Source of the DNA: an uncultured Candidatus Saccharibacteria bacterium | GTDB taxonomy: Bacteria > Patescibacteriota > Minisyncoccia > 2-02-FULL-40-12 > GWA2-44-9 | Reading direction: 5' to 3' | DNA: 64,000 bases | Assembly (NCBI GenBank): GCA_964513645.1 | Contig: CAZENF010000002.1 | Coordinates: forward strand, 73,409-137,408 | Shown here: one piece after another, positions 55,333 through 64,000 of the stretch | How positions within the stretch are numbered: position 1 is the stretch's first letter | Layout: each line of letters starts with the position of its first letter | Made by a program: the position numbers and the translations under genes | Notes under the pieces: model-generated | What the model was told of the DNA's origin: nothing | Databases searched by the model: none | What the model saw: only the letters and a program-made list of their open reading frames with translations

Positions 55333-57759
55333 TTATACCACTGCTACCGAAGCGAGGCCATCACCGGCTTCCATTTTCATTATCCTAACACCTTGAGTTG
55401 CCCGTCCAAGTATCGAAATACCCTCGACTTGAGTTCTGATCACTTGGCCTTTTCTGGAAACAGCGACGAGTTCTTTTATTTCTTCCGAGATGACGTGAGC
55501 AGAAACAACTTTTCCCGTCTTTGCCGTAACTTTAGCCGTCATTATCCCCCGTCCACCGCGCTTCTGTATCTTATAAAACTTGAGGTCGGTACGCTTGCCA
55601 TAACCGTTCTCCATTACTGCCAATATCTGAAGACCTTTCTCAACTCCAGAAGGAACGACATCCGCCCCGATGACTTTTTGCTCTTTATCCAGACGTATAC
55701 CAATAACGCCGGAAGCAGCACGGCCCATCGGACGCACATCGTTCTCCTTGAACCTGATGGCATTGCCGTCAGAGGTGACAAGCATGACCTGGTCTTTGCC
55801 GGAAATTGAAAGAACCCATTTCAATTCATCATCGCCGTGAAGCTTTATCGCTATCATACCGTTCCGCCTGACCTGCGAAAAAGAATCCATGTCTACCTTT
55901 TTGACCACACCGTTAGCGGTAACCATGAACAAAAAGTCACCCTTTTGATCTTTGGGTATCGGAACTACGGCCGTAATTATATCGGAGGGCAGGATTTGAA
56001 GAAAGTTAACAATTGCCTTGCCTTTTGATTGACGAGAGGCTTCTGGAACTTCATAGCCCTTGGTCTGAAAAACTTTTCCTGAATTAGTGAAGAACAAAAG
56101 ATTGTCATGAGTATTTGCCAAAAAGAACTGGGTGATAACATCCTCCTCTTTTGTTGCCATGCCGATCAGACCCTTGCCACCGCGTTTTTGGCTTCGAATA
56201 TCTTCAGGCTGCATCCGTTTGATATATCCGCCGCGGGTAAGCATAAAAAGAGAATCTTCTTCAGGTACCAATTCTTCATCTCCAAGTTCTTTAAGGGCGG
56301 ATTTAACAACTTTGGTTCGGCGCTGATCGCCGTATTTGGCTTTAACCTCATTCAATTCTTCCTTAATAACCGTCATGATCTTCTTGGGGCTGGCCAAAAG
56401 ATCTTCGAGATAGGCAATGAGGTCTTTCTTCTCTTTGAGCTCATCGTTTATTTTTTTTCTTTCGAGTCCGGCCAAGGCCTGAAGTCTCATTTCCAAGATC
56501 GCAGCCGCCTGACGGTCGGAGAATTTGAATTTCTTAATTAAATTGCCAAAAGCATCGTCCCGGGACTCGGATGATTTTATTATTTTGATTATTTCGTCTA
56601 TGTGGTCAAGGGCTTTTTTAAGGCCCTCCAGAATATGAGCCCGGTCTTTGGCTTTTTGAAGATCGTATTTTGCCCGGCGAGTCACTATCTCCTTTCGATG
56701 TTCTATGAATTTTTCAAGAAGAGATTTAAGGCCAAGTATCTGCGGCTGAATACCGTCAACGAGGCCGAGCATATTGAAATGAAAGGCTTTCTGAAGTTCT
56801 GTGTACTTATAAAGCTGATTAAGTACTTTGCGAGGAAAAGAATCCTGCTTAAGATCAATTGCGATCCTTAAACCATCTTTGTCTGATTCGTCGCGGATAT
56901 CTTTTATCCCGTCTATTTTCTTGTCTTTGACCAAATCAGCTATTTTTATTATAAGTTCGGCTTTGTTAACCTGATATGGTATTTCAGTAACTATTATTTG
57001 GAAACCTCGCTTTCCTTCGACAATATCGGCAACTCCTCTTATCATCACAGGTCCCCTGCCGGTGGCATAGGCGCTGTTTATTTCCTTTTCATTATATATG
57101 ATACCTCCGGTCGGAAAATCAGGCCCTTTTACGAACTGGGTCAGATCCGAAGTATCGGCGTCTTTGTTATCTATAAGATACATTGAGGCATCTAAAACTT
57201 CAGTCAGGTTGTGAGGAGGAATGTTGGTCGCCATACCGACCGCAATACCCATTGAGCCATTTATCAGAAGATTCGGGATTCTGGTCGGCAAAACCGCCGG
57301 TTCCTGGGTTGAACCGTCATAATTAGGAATAAAGTTAACCGTATCTTTATCAATATCCGCCAAAAGAGGTTCGGCGATAGGAGCGAGTCTGGCTTCGGTA
57401 TAACGCATGGCGGCCGCGGTATCACCGTCAATTGAGCCGAAATTTCCCTGACCGTCGACAAGAGGATAGCGTAGTGAAAAATCTTGAGCCATCCTGACCA
57501 TGGATTCGTATGCCGCCGAGTCACCGTGAGGATGGTACTGACCAAGAACATAACCAACGACCTTTGCTGACTTCTGATATTTTGCTCCAGGCCGCAAACC
57601 CATTTCATGCATCGAATACAGAACCCGGCGATGAACGGGCTTTAAGCCGTCGCGGACATCAGGTAAGGCACGCGAAACAATAACGCTCATCGCGTATTCT
57701 ATATAAGACTTCTGCATTTCCTCCGTTATCTCGCGTTTTTGGATCGAAGAATCGGCCAT
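55333..57759 (-). CDS. gyrA: DNA gyrase subunit A
   Basis: [21 protein letters not shown] (catalytic Tyr) and GyrA box QKRGGKG. Confidence 0.98.
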   Translation of the reverse strand: MADSSIQKREITEEMQKSYIEYAMSVIVSRALPDVRDGLKPVHRRVLYSMHEMGLRPGAKYQKSAKVVGYVLGQYHPHGDSAAYESMVRMAQDFSLRYPLVDGQGNFGSIDGDTAAAMRYTEARLAPIAEPLLADIDKDTVNFIPNYDGSTQEPAVLPTRIPNLLINGSMGIAVGMATNIPPHNLTEVLDASMYLIDNKDADTSDLTQFVKGPDFPTGGIIYNEKEINSAYATGRGPVMIRGVADIVEGKRGFQIIVTEIPYQVNKAELIIKIADLVKDKKIDGIKDIRDESDKDGLRIAIDLKQDSFPRKVLNQLYKYTELQKAFHFNMLGLVDGIQPQILGLKSLLEKFIEHRKEIVTRRAKYDLQKAKDRAHILEGLKKALDHIDEIIKIIKSSESRDDAFGNLIKKFKFSDRQAAAILEMRLQALAGLERKKINDELKEKKDLIAYLEDLLASPKKIMTVIKEELNEVKAKYGDQRRTKVVKSALKELGDEELVPEEDSLFMLTRGGYIKRMQPEDIRSQKRGGKGLIGMATKEEDVITQFFLANTHDNLLFFTNSGKVFQTKGYEVPEASRQSKGKAIVNFLQILPSDIITAVVPIPKDQKGDFLFMVTANGVVKKVDMDSFSQVRRNGMIAIKLHGDDELKWVLSISGKDQVMLVTSDGNAIRFKENDVRPMGRAASGVIGIRLDKEQKVIGADVVPSGVEKGLQILAVMENGYGKRTDLKFYKIQKRGGRGIMTAKVTAKTGKVVSAHVISEEIKELVAVSRKGQVIRTQVEGISILGRATQGVRIMKMEAGDGLASVAVV

Positions 57760-57844
57760 AAAATATTAATAAAAACCCCTTAATAAAATCATTGAAGTCG
57801 CCGTAGGCGACAACAATGGTAATTTCTTAATTTAAAATTTAAAC

Positions 57845-58195
57845 TTACTTATCCTCGGATATCGGCAACTTATGGACCTCTCCAGTGTATTCCTGTTCTA
57901 CGTTAACTTGATTGTTGTTGCGGCTCTCAATAAAACCAAAAGCATTGTACAAGGTCGCTCTCATGTTGCCAAGAGCTTTGGTTAAATTGGCATATATCAC
58001 CGGGTCACTCTTATCCATCTCGGCAAAAAACTTACTTTGTTTATCGGGTTCAGGATTGAGCATCACGAAAAGATTTGTTTCAAAAGAACGGAACCAGATT
58101 ATCCCGACCAAGGACACGGTTATGGTCACACACAAACCAAACATTATCTCTCTAATATGCTTCGGCTGTTTATGTATCTCTTCGAGAATTTTCAT
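57845..58195 (-). CDS. Hypothetical single-TM protein
   Basis: 116 aa with one TM helix after QPKHIRE. Confidence 0.65.
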   Translation of the reverse strand: MKILEEIHKQPKHIREIMFGLCVTITVSLVGIIWFRSFETNLFVMLNPEPDKQSKFFAEMDKSDPVIYANLTKALGNMRATLYNAFGFIESRNNNQVNVEQEYTGEVHKLPISEDK

Positions 58196-58205
58196 TTTGA
58201 TGTGA

Positions 58206-58868
58206 TTAAACTTCGAGTAATACCAATTTTGTCTCTTCGACCGGTAAGGTCTTCTTAACTATCTTAAGTTTATCAATTTTTTCAGGCTCAAGTCCAATCT
58301 CTTTAATGAACTTGTCGGGCCCGGCTATGTCAATTTTTAAATCTTTTAATTTATAGTGCATCGGGATTACTATCTTAGGTTCTATCTGGCCTATAATACT
58401 TATCGCCTCTTTGTGGTCGATAGTATAATTTCCGCCAACCGGTATCATTAACACATCGATATCGCCTATATCTTCTATTTGCTTGTCTTCAAGCTTATCT
58501 TGTCCAAAATCACCCATATGGCAGACGGTTATATCCTCGGATTTGATAACATATATAGTGTTTAATCCCCTTTCCTTGCCGCTCGACTTGTCATGAAAAG
58601 AACTGATACCTCTGATATATACGCCCTGTTTCTCGTACTCTCCGGGTCCGTCTATCAAAAAACTTTCCGGACCAGCTTCCGAAACATTGTCGTGGTCGAA
58701 ATGATGGTGGGTAACCAAGACAATATCGTCTTTTACCTTGGGTGGTTTGAGTCCGATTTCTTTAGGAAACGGGTCTATCAGAATACTGACCCCCTCTTTG
58801 TTTTGGCCTGCAGCGCTCGAACGCGTATCTATTCTGAAGCAAGAATGTCCTAACCAGGTTATAGTCAT
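58206..58868 (-). CDS. Metallo-beta-lactamase-fold hydrolase
   Basis: ITWLGHSCF, IDPF, THHHFDHD, HMGD, IPVGG and IPMHY. Confidence 0.93.
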   Translation of the reverse strand: MTITWLGHSCFRIDTRSSAAGQNKEGVSILIDPFPKEIGLKPPKVKDDIVLVTHHHFDHDNVSEAGPESFLIDGPGEYEKQGVYIRGISSFHDKSSGKERGLNTIYVIKSEDITVCHMGDFGQDKLEDKQIEDIGDIDVLMIPVGGNYTIDHKEAISIIGQIEPKIVIPMHYKLKDLKIDIAGPDKFIKEIGLEPEKIDKLKIVKKTLPVEETKLVLLEV

Positions 58869-58966
58869 ATGTTATAAAATATCATATTTGGACCCAAAAA
58901 TCAATGGCTTTTAAGCCCGGAAGAATTTGCATTAGAAAGCAATATACTGTATACTTTTCCAGTATT

Positions 58967-60061
58967 ATGATTACTCAAACTGCCCAGAACAATCAGGTTA
59001 AATCAATGAAGGACCTTCTTTCGAGAGAGGGCTTTGATCTGCCGAGAGTCGGCCAGATACTAAGCGGCGAGATTATCGGCGTTTCAAAATCAAGCATCAT
59101 TATAAATCTCGGTTCAGCCGGTATCGGTATCATTTATCCAGGCCATTTTTATGACAATCCCGAAAGAACCAAAACTCTCAAAAAGGGCGACCATGTTTCA
59201 GCAATGCTTCTTGAACTTGAGAATGATGAGGGCTACCGGGAACTTTCTTTGAAAGCGGCCCAGTTGACCACCGCCCGTGAAGATATCAGAGAAAAAATGG
59301 AAAAAGGCGAACTTATAAACGCACCGGTAATCAATATGAACAAAGGCGGATTGATCCTTGAGATAAACGGCCTCCAGGGATTTTTGCCATTATCTCAGTT
59401 GGCCAGCGAACATTACCCTAAAGTTGAAGGCGGCGATACGACCAAGATTGTTCAGGCTCTTCAGAAATTTAAAGGGCAGTCTTTGCTTGTTAAAATTATA
59501 GATTTTTCAGAATCAGAGAATCGGCTTATCGTCTCGGAACGGGCAATAAAAGAAGGTGCGGCCAAAGAAGAATTAGCTAAATTAAAAGTTGGCGACGTGC
59601 TCGACGGCGAAATAACGGAAGTTACTGATTTTGGTGCCTTCGTCAGAATAAGCGACTCACTTGATGCACTTATACACTCATCCGAGATAGACTGGAAATT
59701 CGTCGATAACCCCAAAGACATACTTCATAGCGGAGATAAAATTAAAGCCAAGATCATAAATCTCGAACCAGCAACTGGAAGAATATTCCTTTCACTCAAA
59801 GCATTGAAAGAAGACCCCTGGCTTAAAGCCGAAGAACAATATCCTGTTGGCCAAAAAGTTACCGGTAAGGTTATAAAGATACGTCAGAATGGGGCTTTTA
59901 TAGAAATACCTGGAAATCTTATCGGAATTTTACCAACCTCTGAACTTGGCGGAAAAACCCCGTCCGAAGTTCTGGAAGCAGGCAAGGAATATCCAATGGC
60001 AGTAATAAGCATCGACGCAAAGGATCATAAGATGACCCTGACACTCGAGAAAAAAGAATAA
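58967..60061 (+). CDS. rpsA: 30S ribosomal protein S1 (four S1 domains)
   Basis: NKGGL, GFLPLSQL, TDFGAFV, LIHSSEI and LSLKALKEDPW. Start 58967 preferred. Confidence 0.9.
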   Translation: MITQTAQNNQVKSMKDLLSREGFDLPRVGQILSGEIIGVSKSSIIINLGSAGIGIIYPGHFYDNPERTKTLKKGDHVSAMLLELENDEGYRELSLKAAQLTTAREDIREKMEKGELINAPVINMNKGGLILEINGLQGFLPLSQLASEHYPKVEGGDTTKIVQALQKFKGQSLLVKIIDFSESENRLIVSERAIKEGAAKEELAKLKVGDVLDGEITEVTDFGAFVRISDSLDALIHSSEIDWKFVDNPKDILHSGDKIKAKIINLEPATGRIFLSLKALKEDPWLKAEEQYPVGQKVTGKVIKIRQNGAFIEIPGNLIGILPTSELGGKTPSEVLEAGKEYPMAVISIDAKDHKMTLTLEKKE

Positions 60062-60067
60062 ATTAAA

Positions 60068-60092
60068 AGGCCGGTCGCTATGCGACCGGCCT
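60068..60092. terminator. Hairpin between convergent genes
   Basis: AGGCCGGTCGC-TAT-GCGACCGGCCT. Confidence 0.65.
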
Positions 60093-60096
60093 GCCT

Positions 60097-61116
60097 TTAT
60101 AGGGCACGCTGGTATTCTGGGATATCGGCCTCGAACCAGCGGGCATACTCTTCATCTTCCTGTTTCCGCATTTCTTCTACTGTCGGGACTCCGTCGGAAT
60201 CCTCCGAACCTTCGACTTCCGACGTCGGCTGCTTGGCTTCTTTCGTATTTTCATCTACAGGCGATCTTTCACGCCCTATTTCTTCGCCGAAAAGTTCCCA
60301 TAAAAAATCATTGCTGACCGCTTCCATCTTTTTTTCAACCGCAGTATTGAAAAGATGATACCACTGTTCAGGTGACAAACGGTATCCTTCGTCCGGAAAA
60401 CGATCATCCCCCTTGCCGATCTGGGAAACAGACCGCCAGGAAGAATGGATCCGCCTCGGGACATTAAGCACGTAGCCGTCGGTGTTATCGCGAGTATAGC
60501 GGTAGATCGATAGCATTCCGTAAAGCACCGCCCGGACATGCGACCAATAAGGTCTGTCCGGCCGTTCGAGTCTGTTGAAAAACTGACCGAAAAGAGACTC
60601 GGACAGATCGAACCAGGCGGTCCGGTCTATCTCGTGGTCCTCGATGATTTTATGCGTCTTCAGAGAATTGAGCTGTCCCCAAAGGGTTATTTTCCTATGG
60701 CCACCGAGGTGTACCCGGCCCCTTTTATCTACCCAGTCCCGATAGCGGTAGTTATACAAAAATATATCGGTATAATCTGTCCTGATATCGATGTCCCGGT
60801 AACCTGATTCGCAGATGAATTCTCTGATCCCACCGGCAACCGCCAGTCTCTCGTCGTCAGACAAGGAATTGTCTGTAAATATTCTGTGATTTGGTACAAA
60901 TTTTGCCAATGTTTCAAGATCGTCCTTTTCTAATCCTCCGCCGCCATTGCCCCAACCAGGAGGTTTTGGCTTATGGTCGAACTGCGCAAGATTAGAAGGT
61001 TCCTGCTCAAGAATATTGTGTACCCACATGAATCCCATCGGGTCGTCCGGATGGGGTGCGAGAACCTGAACAGTTGTACCGTGAACCCAATCAAGTTTGA
61101 ATTCAGGCCTTATCAT
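60097..61116 (-). CDS. Divergent Nudix-like protein
   Basis: GWGNGGGGLE...(long insert)...AGGIREFICESGY split Nudix box and HEIDRTAWF. Confidence 0.55.
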   Translation of the reverse strand: MIRPEFKLDWVHGTTVQVLAPHPDDPMGFMWVHNILEQEPSNLAQFDHKPKPPGWGNGGGGLEKDDLETLAKFVPNHRIFTDNSLSDDERLAVAGGIREFICESGYRDIDIRTDYTDIFLYNYRYRDWVDKRGRVHLGGHRKITLWGQLNSLKTHKIIEDHEIDRTAWFDLSESLFGQFFNRLERPDRPYWSHVRAVLYGMLSIYRYTRDNTDGYVLNVPRRIHSSWRSVSQIGKGDDRFPDEGYRLSPEQWYHLFNTAVEKKMEAVSNDFLWELFGEEIGRERSPVDENTKEAKQPTSEVEGSEDSDGVPTVEEMRKQEDEEYARWFEADIPEYQRAL

Positions 61117-61268
61117 GGTAAAGAACCCTCACTTTCTAATTCATGAGTATACCCTAAAAATTATGGTTCGTCAACAGAAACCTTTGACTAATGCTACGAA
61201 AAGGTATATAATATTCCGAGTACTTGGAAACAGCCGTTTGTGATCTTTTTTGAACAGATCCTAACCGA

Positions 61269-62138
61269 TTGTTCCCTGACAAAAACCCGCCGGATGAGAG
61301 TGGAGTTAAGCCAATGGAGAAGCGTCCGAGAGCTGACGATTTTATCAGAAAAATAAAAAATCCTGACCTATTTGTTCCAGACCCGGATAAAGATTTTGGC
61401 ATGTTCCAACAGATGGATATTGCTTTCGAAGGCATCCACGATAAGCTTGATGAATTGCGGCGCAATCACGGCCGCCTGGGTTACAGTGCCCAGAATTTGA
61501 TGAGCGACCTTAGTAAATCCTACATCGAAGCGGCTCAATTTGATGATGAAGAAGCCATGGCCTGGGCAGAAAAGGGCATGACAGAACTTACTGAAGGGTT
61601 CAGTGAAGCAAGTCTGAATGACCAGCTCGCTGAAACCGGAAACAGGTTCAGCCGGACAATTTGGCAAGAACAGCTTGAGGCAGGTTTATTCGGAAAAGTC
61701 TGGCCCGTCATCACAGGAAAGAACGATCAAATACCGTCACTTATTTCCTGGAAAGATTTTCGTGGAAATATCCAGGCTTATTTATATGCCTATCTCGATG
61801 TGGTGAGTGAGCCTGCTAAAGCTTTGACTAACGAACTTTCCAAACCAGAAATGACGTCGAGTGTCGAGTTCATGATACTCGAAAGATACCTTGCCATTGC
61901 CGACTCCATCACCTTGCGGCTTTCTTTAGAACGCCATATTCCCGGCTATGTTATCAATAACGCTTACGGTCCTTGGGCTGCTTACACAAACAAGCTTCGG
62001 ACAGCATACGGAACAATTGCCCATGTCCGCCGGGAGTATAATTTGCGCCGTAGTATTCAGCGAATGAACCGCCAACTGTTATTGGATATTGAGGAAATGT
62101 TCCTGAAAACACTCTTAAAACTCAAAGAACCGGTTTAG
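61269..62138 (+). CDS. Translin/TRAX-family protein
   Basis: All-helical. WQEQLEA..F and YLYAYLDVVSE match the QExxEA and YLxGxxDxxGE translin motifs. The start may be ATG at 61314. Confidence 0.7.
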   Translation: MFPDKNPPDESGVKPMEKRPRADDFIRKIKNPDLFVPDPDKDFGMFQQMDIAFEGIHDKLDELRRNHGRLGYSAQNLMSDLSKSYIEAAQFDDEEAMAWAEKGMTELTEGFSEASLNDQLAETGNRFSRTIWQEQLEAGLFGKVWPVITGKNDQIPSLISWKDFRGNIQAYLYAYLDVVSEPAKALTNELSKPEMTSSVEFMILERYLAIADSITLRLSLERHIPGYVINNAYGPWAAYTNKLRTAYGTIAHVRREYNLRRSIQRMNRQLLLDIEEMFLKTLLKLKEPV

Positions 62139-62163
62139 CTACCTTGTTCTGCTCCAATATATC

Positions 62164-62188
62164 AAGGCCCCCTCGAAAGGGGCCTTTT
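62164..62188 (+). terminator. Intrinsic terminator
   Basis: AAGGCCCC...GGGGCCTTTT. Confidence 0.7.
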
Positions 62189-62190
62189 AC

Positions 62191-62219
62191 TTGACAAAAT
62201 ATCCAGATTTTGATAGAAT
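62191..62219 (+). promoter_or_regulatory. Near-consensus sigma70 promoter
   Basis: TTGACA-17 bp-TAGAAT with extended TG. Confidence 0.75.
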
Positions 62220-62289
62220 ATTGTGCAGAGTAGGTTTAGTACCTTCAAATCACATCGTTTCGTCAACTCGTTCATCAGGAGAAATTGTC

Positions 62290-64000
62290 ATGGACAACAC
62301 AATGAGAGAAGCGCTCGGAAACATTGTCACGACTGCCCCCCAGCGGCAACACCGAACCCGTCAAGGAAGTTCGGTGCGAGCAAACCCGCCACTATCAACG
62401 ACCGCGCAGCGGACACCCGAAGACGTTCTCCGGGATCTCCGCGAGAACAAAGTCAAGGAGGCAAACGCCAAGGCCGCCGCAGAAGAGACCGAGGAATCAC
62501 GGGCCAGGCACGACATGGTGATCGAATCCGTCGCCGAACTCATCTACGCGGATCAGGACCTGACGGTCAGAGCCGCAGAGCTCGACCGGAAAAGGAAGAG
62601 CTACGCACGCGGTTCCGTTCAAGATGGTGAGATCGCGAAGAACATCGACCAGGTCGCCGACGACCGAAAGATCGTTTCCGCCGCACTCGGCAAGATCAAA
62701 GCCGAAAATCTCTTGGCCTATGAGGATGGCCAACAGCGGTACAACGTCCGCCAAGCCGCCCTCGCTGCCGAGGAGAAGATTCGTCAACACGGCGAAGTCA
62801 AGGCGGCAGACATCGAACAGTTTGTTTCAAGCGCCGTCCTTTCTGGCTTCATCGTCGTCCCAACGGCCGAAGACAAGCCGTGCGAAGCGTCGTTCACGTT
62901 CAGGCATCAGTCGTACCAGTCGGCCTGGCCGTATGACCCTTCGGTTTCCGAAGTCGCCTTCAGCTTGAAGAAGATGATTGCCGACTTTCATCAGCACATG
63001 GAAGACCGTGAAGACACCATCGTCGGCGAACTGCGCCACGGCGGCTTCTACCTCTCGACCCAACGTCTCCCCCGGAACCCCAACAAGCCGGACGGAGATA
63101 AACTCGATTCCGAGTTTGACCTCTTCAAGAGAGAGAACCGGAAACGAATCGTCCGTCTGTCGACCCTTCTCGGAAGAACCAACGACAGCGACATTTCGAT
63201 CGTTCCGTTGGGCCGTCCGCGGAGCTTCGTTGTCATCGAGCGGCGCGACGGCAAAATCGTCGCCTCAAAGACGACCGACTACCGTTTCGGCAACTTCCTT
63301 TTCTACCGAAGAAACAACCAGGATCAGCGGGTCGTCAAGACCGAGCCGGTGAACTTGTACATCACGGGCGCAGACCTGTCCGAGATGAAGATAGATGAGC
63401 TCCGTCAGGCCATGGAACACCAGGTCCGGACCGAAACAGAAAACATCACCTTCGAAGAACTGCGGAGCGGCCGCAAAGGAACGTGTTCGGTTTCCGTCCA
63501 TTGGAAGGTCCGGGACGAGCAAGGAGTGACGGTGAAGATTCCCATCAGATTCAACCTGACCGGGGACGGCGCCGGAACTTTCGTTCGTACCGGAAACACC
63601 CCGGAACACCTCATCAAGAGGGTTGATCCCAAGGGTTACTGGCTCGCCAAGACCGGTCAACCCCAGAAGCTCGACGTCCTGAACAGCCTGCCTGTCTGGG
63701 GCGCCTTATCCGGCGAGAACAAGCAGCACGAACGTGACTGGCAGCTCTCGAACGAAGCTGAAGTCCAGAATGCGGTCCGCGTTTCAAAGGAAAACCTGGA
63801 CGAGCTCATCGGCCTCGACAGCCGGGACGGTCTGTACAGCGTTTCCGCGGTTCTCCGAAAGACAGTCGGTGGTGGCAAGGGTAAGCCCAACTACCACTAC
63901 AACCCCGTCGGTTACCTCATCGCACGGCGTGGTTCGAAGGTCGAGATCGTCTGGGCAGTGCCCGGAACCTCGGCCAACTTCGCCAGCCAGCTCACCGGTG
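62290..64000 (+). CDS. Large GC-rich hypothetical protein (3' end off window)
   Basis: Absent from the ORF track. ATG at 62290 follows AGGAGA and the frame stays open for about 570 codons to the window end (MDNTMREALGNIV...). Confidence 0.8.
   Translation, partial: MDNTMREALGNIVTTAPQRQHRTRQGSSVRANPPLSTTAQRTPEDVLRDLRENKVKEANAKAAAEETEESRARHDMVIESVAELIYADQDLTVRAAELDRKRKSYARGSVQDGEIAKNIDQVADDRKIVSAALGKIKAENLLAYEDGQQRYNVRQAALAAEEKIRQHGEVKAADIEQFVSSAVLSGFIVVPTAEDKPCEASFTFRHQSYQSAWPYDPSVSEVAFSLKKMIADFHQHMEDREDTIVGELRHGGFYLSTQRLPRNPNKPDGDKLDSEFDLFKRENRKRIVRLSTLLGRTNDSDISIVPLGRPRSFVVIERRDGKIVASKTTDYRFGNFLFYRRNNQDQRVVKTEPVNLYITGADLSEMKIDELRQAMEHQVRTETENITFEELRSGRKGTCSVSVHWKVRDEQGVTVKIPIRFNLTGDGAGTFVRTGNTPEHLIKRVDPKGYWLAKTGQPQKLDVLNSLPVWGALSGENKQHERDWQLSNEAEVQNAVRVSKENLDELIGLDSRDGLYSVSAVLRKTVGGGKGKPNYHYNPVGYLIARRGSKVEIVWAVPGTSANFASQLTG

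Noticed and set aside
58795-58830. Possible element insertion (TRSSAAGQN) in the MBL hydrolase
   Set aside because: No clear palindrome or second copy; it needs an orthologue alignment.
62223-63890. Numerous short ORFs at the right end
   Set aside because: Alternative frames of the single long GC-rich ORF starting at 62290.

Overview
The window looks like chromosomal DNA from a Patescibacteria/CPR bacterium (Parcubacteria-like). This is inferred from gene content: a compact ValRS, an IleRS with an inserted histidine-phosphatase domain, an array of TrbC/VirB2-like pilins and an orphan PemK. TGA is used as a stop codon. Housekeeping genes are ileS, argS, valS, smpB-ssrA, an rluA-like gene, infC-rpmI-rplT, tsaD, gyrA, rpsA, tRNA-Glu and tRNA-Leu. 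There is also an actinobacterial-type proteasome beta plus divergent alpha pair, a complete type IV pilus locus, and a cluster of pilin and surface-protein genes. Five things stand out. (1) An Acg-type nitroreductase, an Rv1355c/OxzB-type ThiF enzyme, an acyl-CoA ligase and a multi-TM histidine kinase form an operon upstream of a receiver and a REC-fused PilB. This could be a small-molecule signal circuit controlling pili. (2) Integrase-free mini-elements at the 3' ends of tmRNA and tRNA-Leu each carry both an antisense and a direct copy of their target T-arm. (3) Several families of short palindromic elements are inserted in frame into essential genes or exactly at apparently leaderless start codons. 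(4) A 29-bp module occurs three times, brackets gene cassettes and shows nested insertions. (5) A translin/TRAX-like protein is divergent from a split-box Nudix protein. All protein assignments come from motif recognition by eye; no searches were run.
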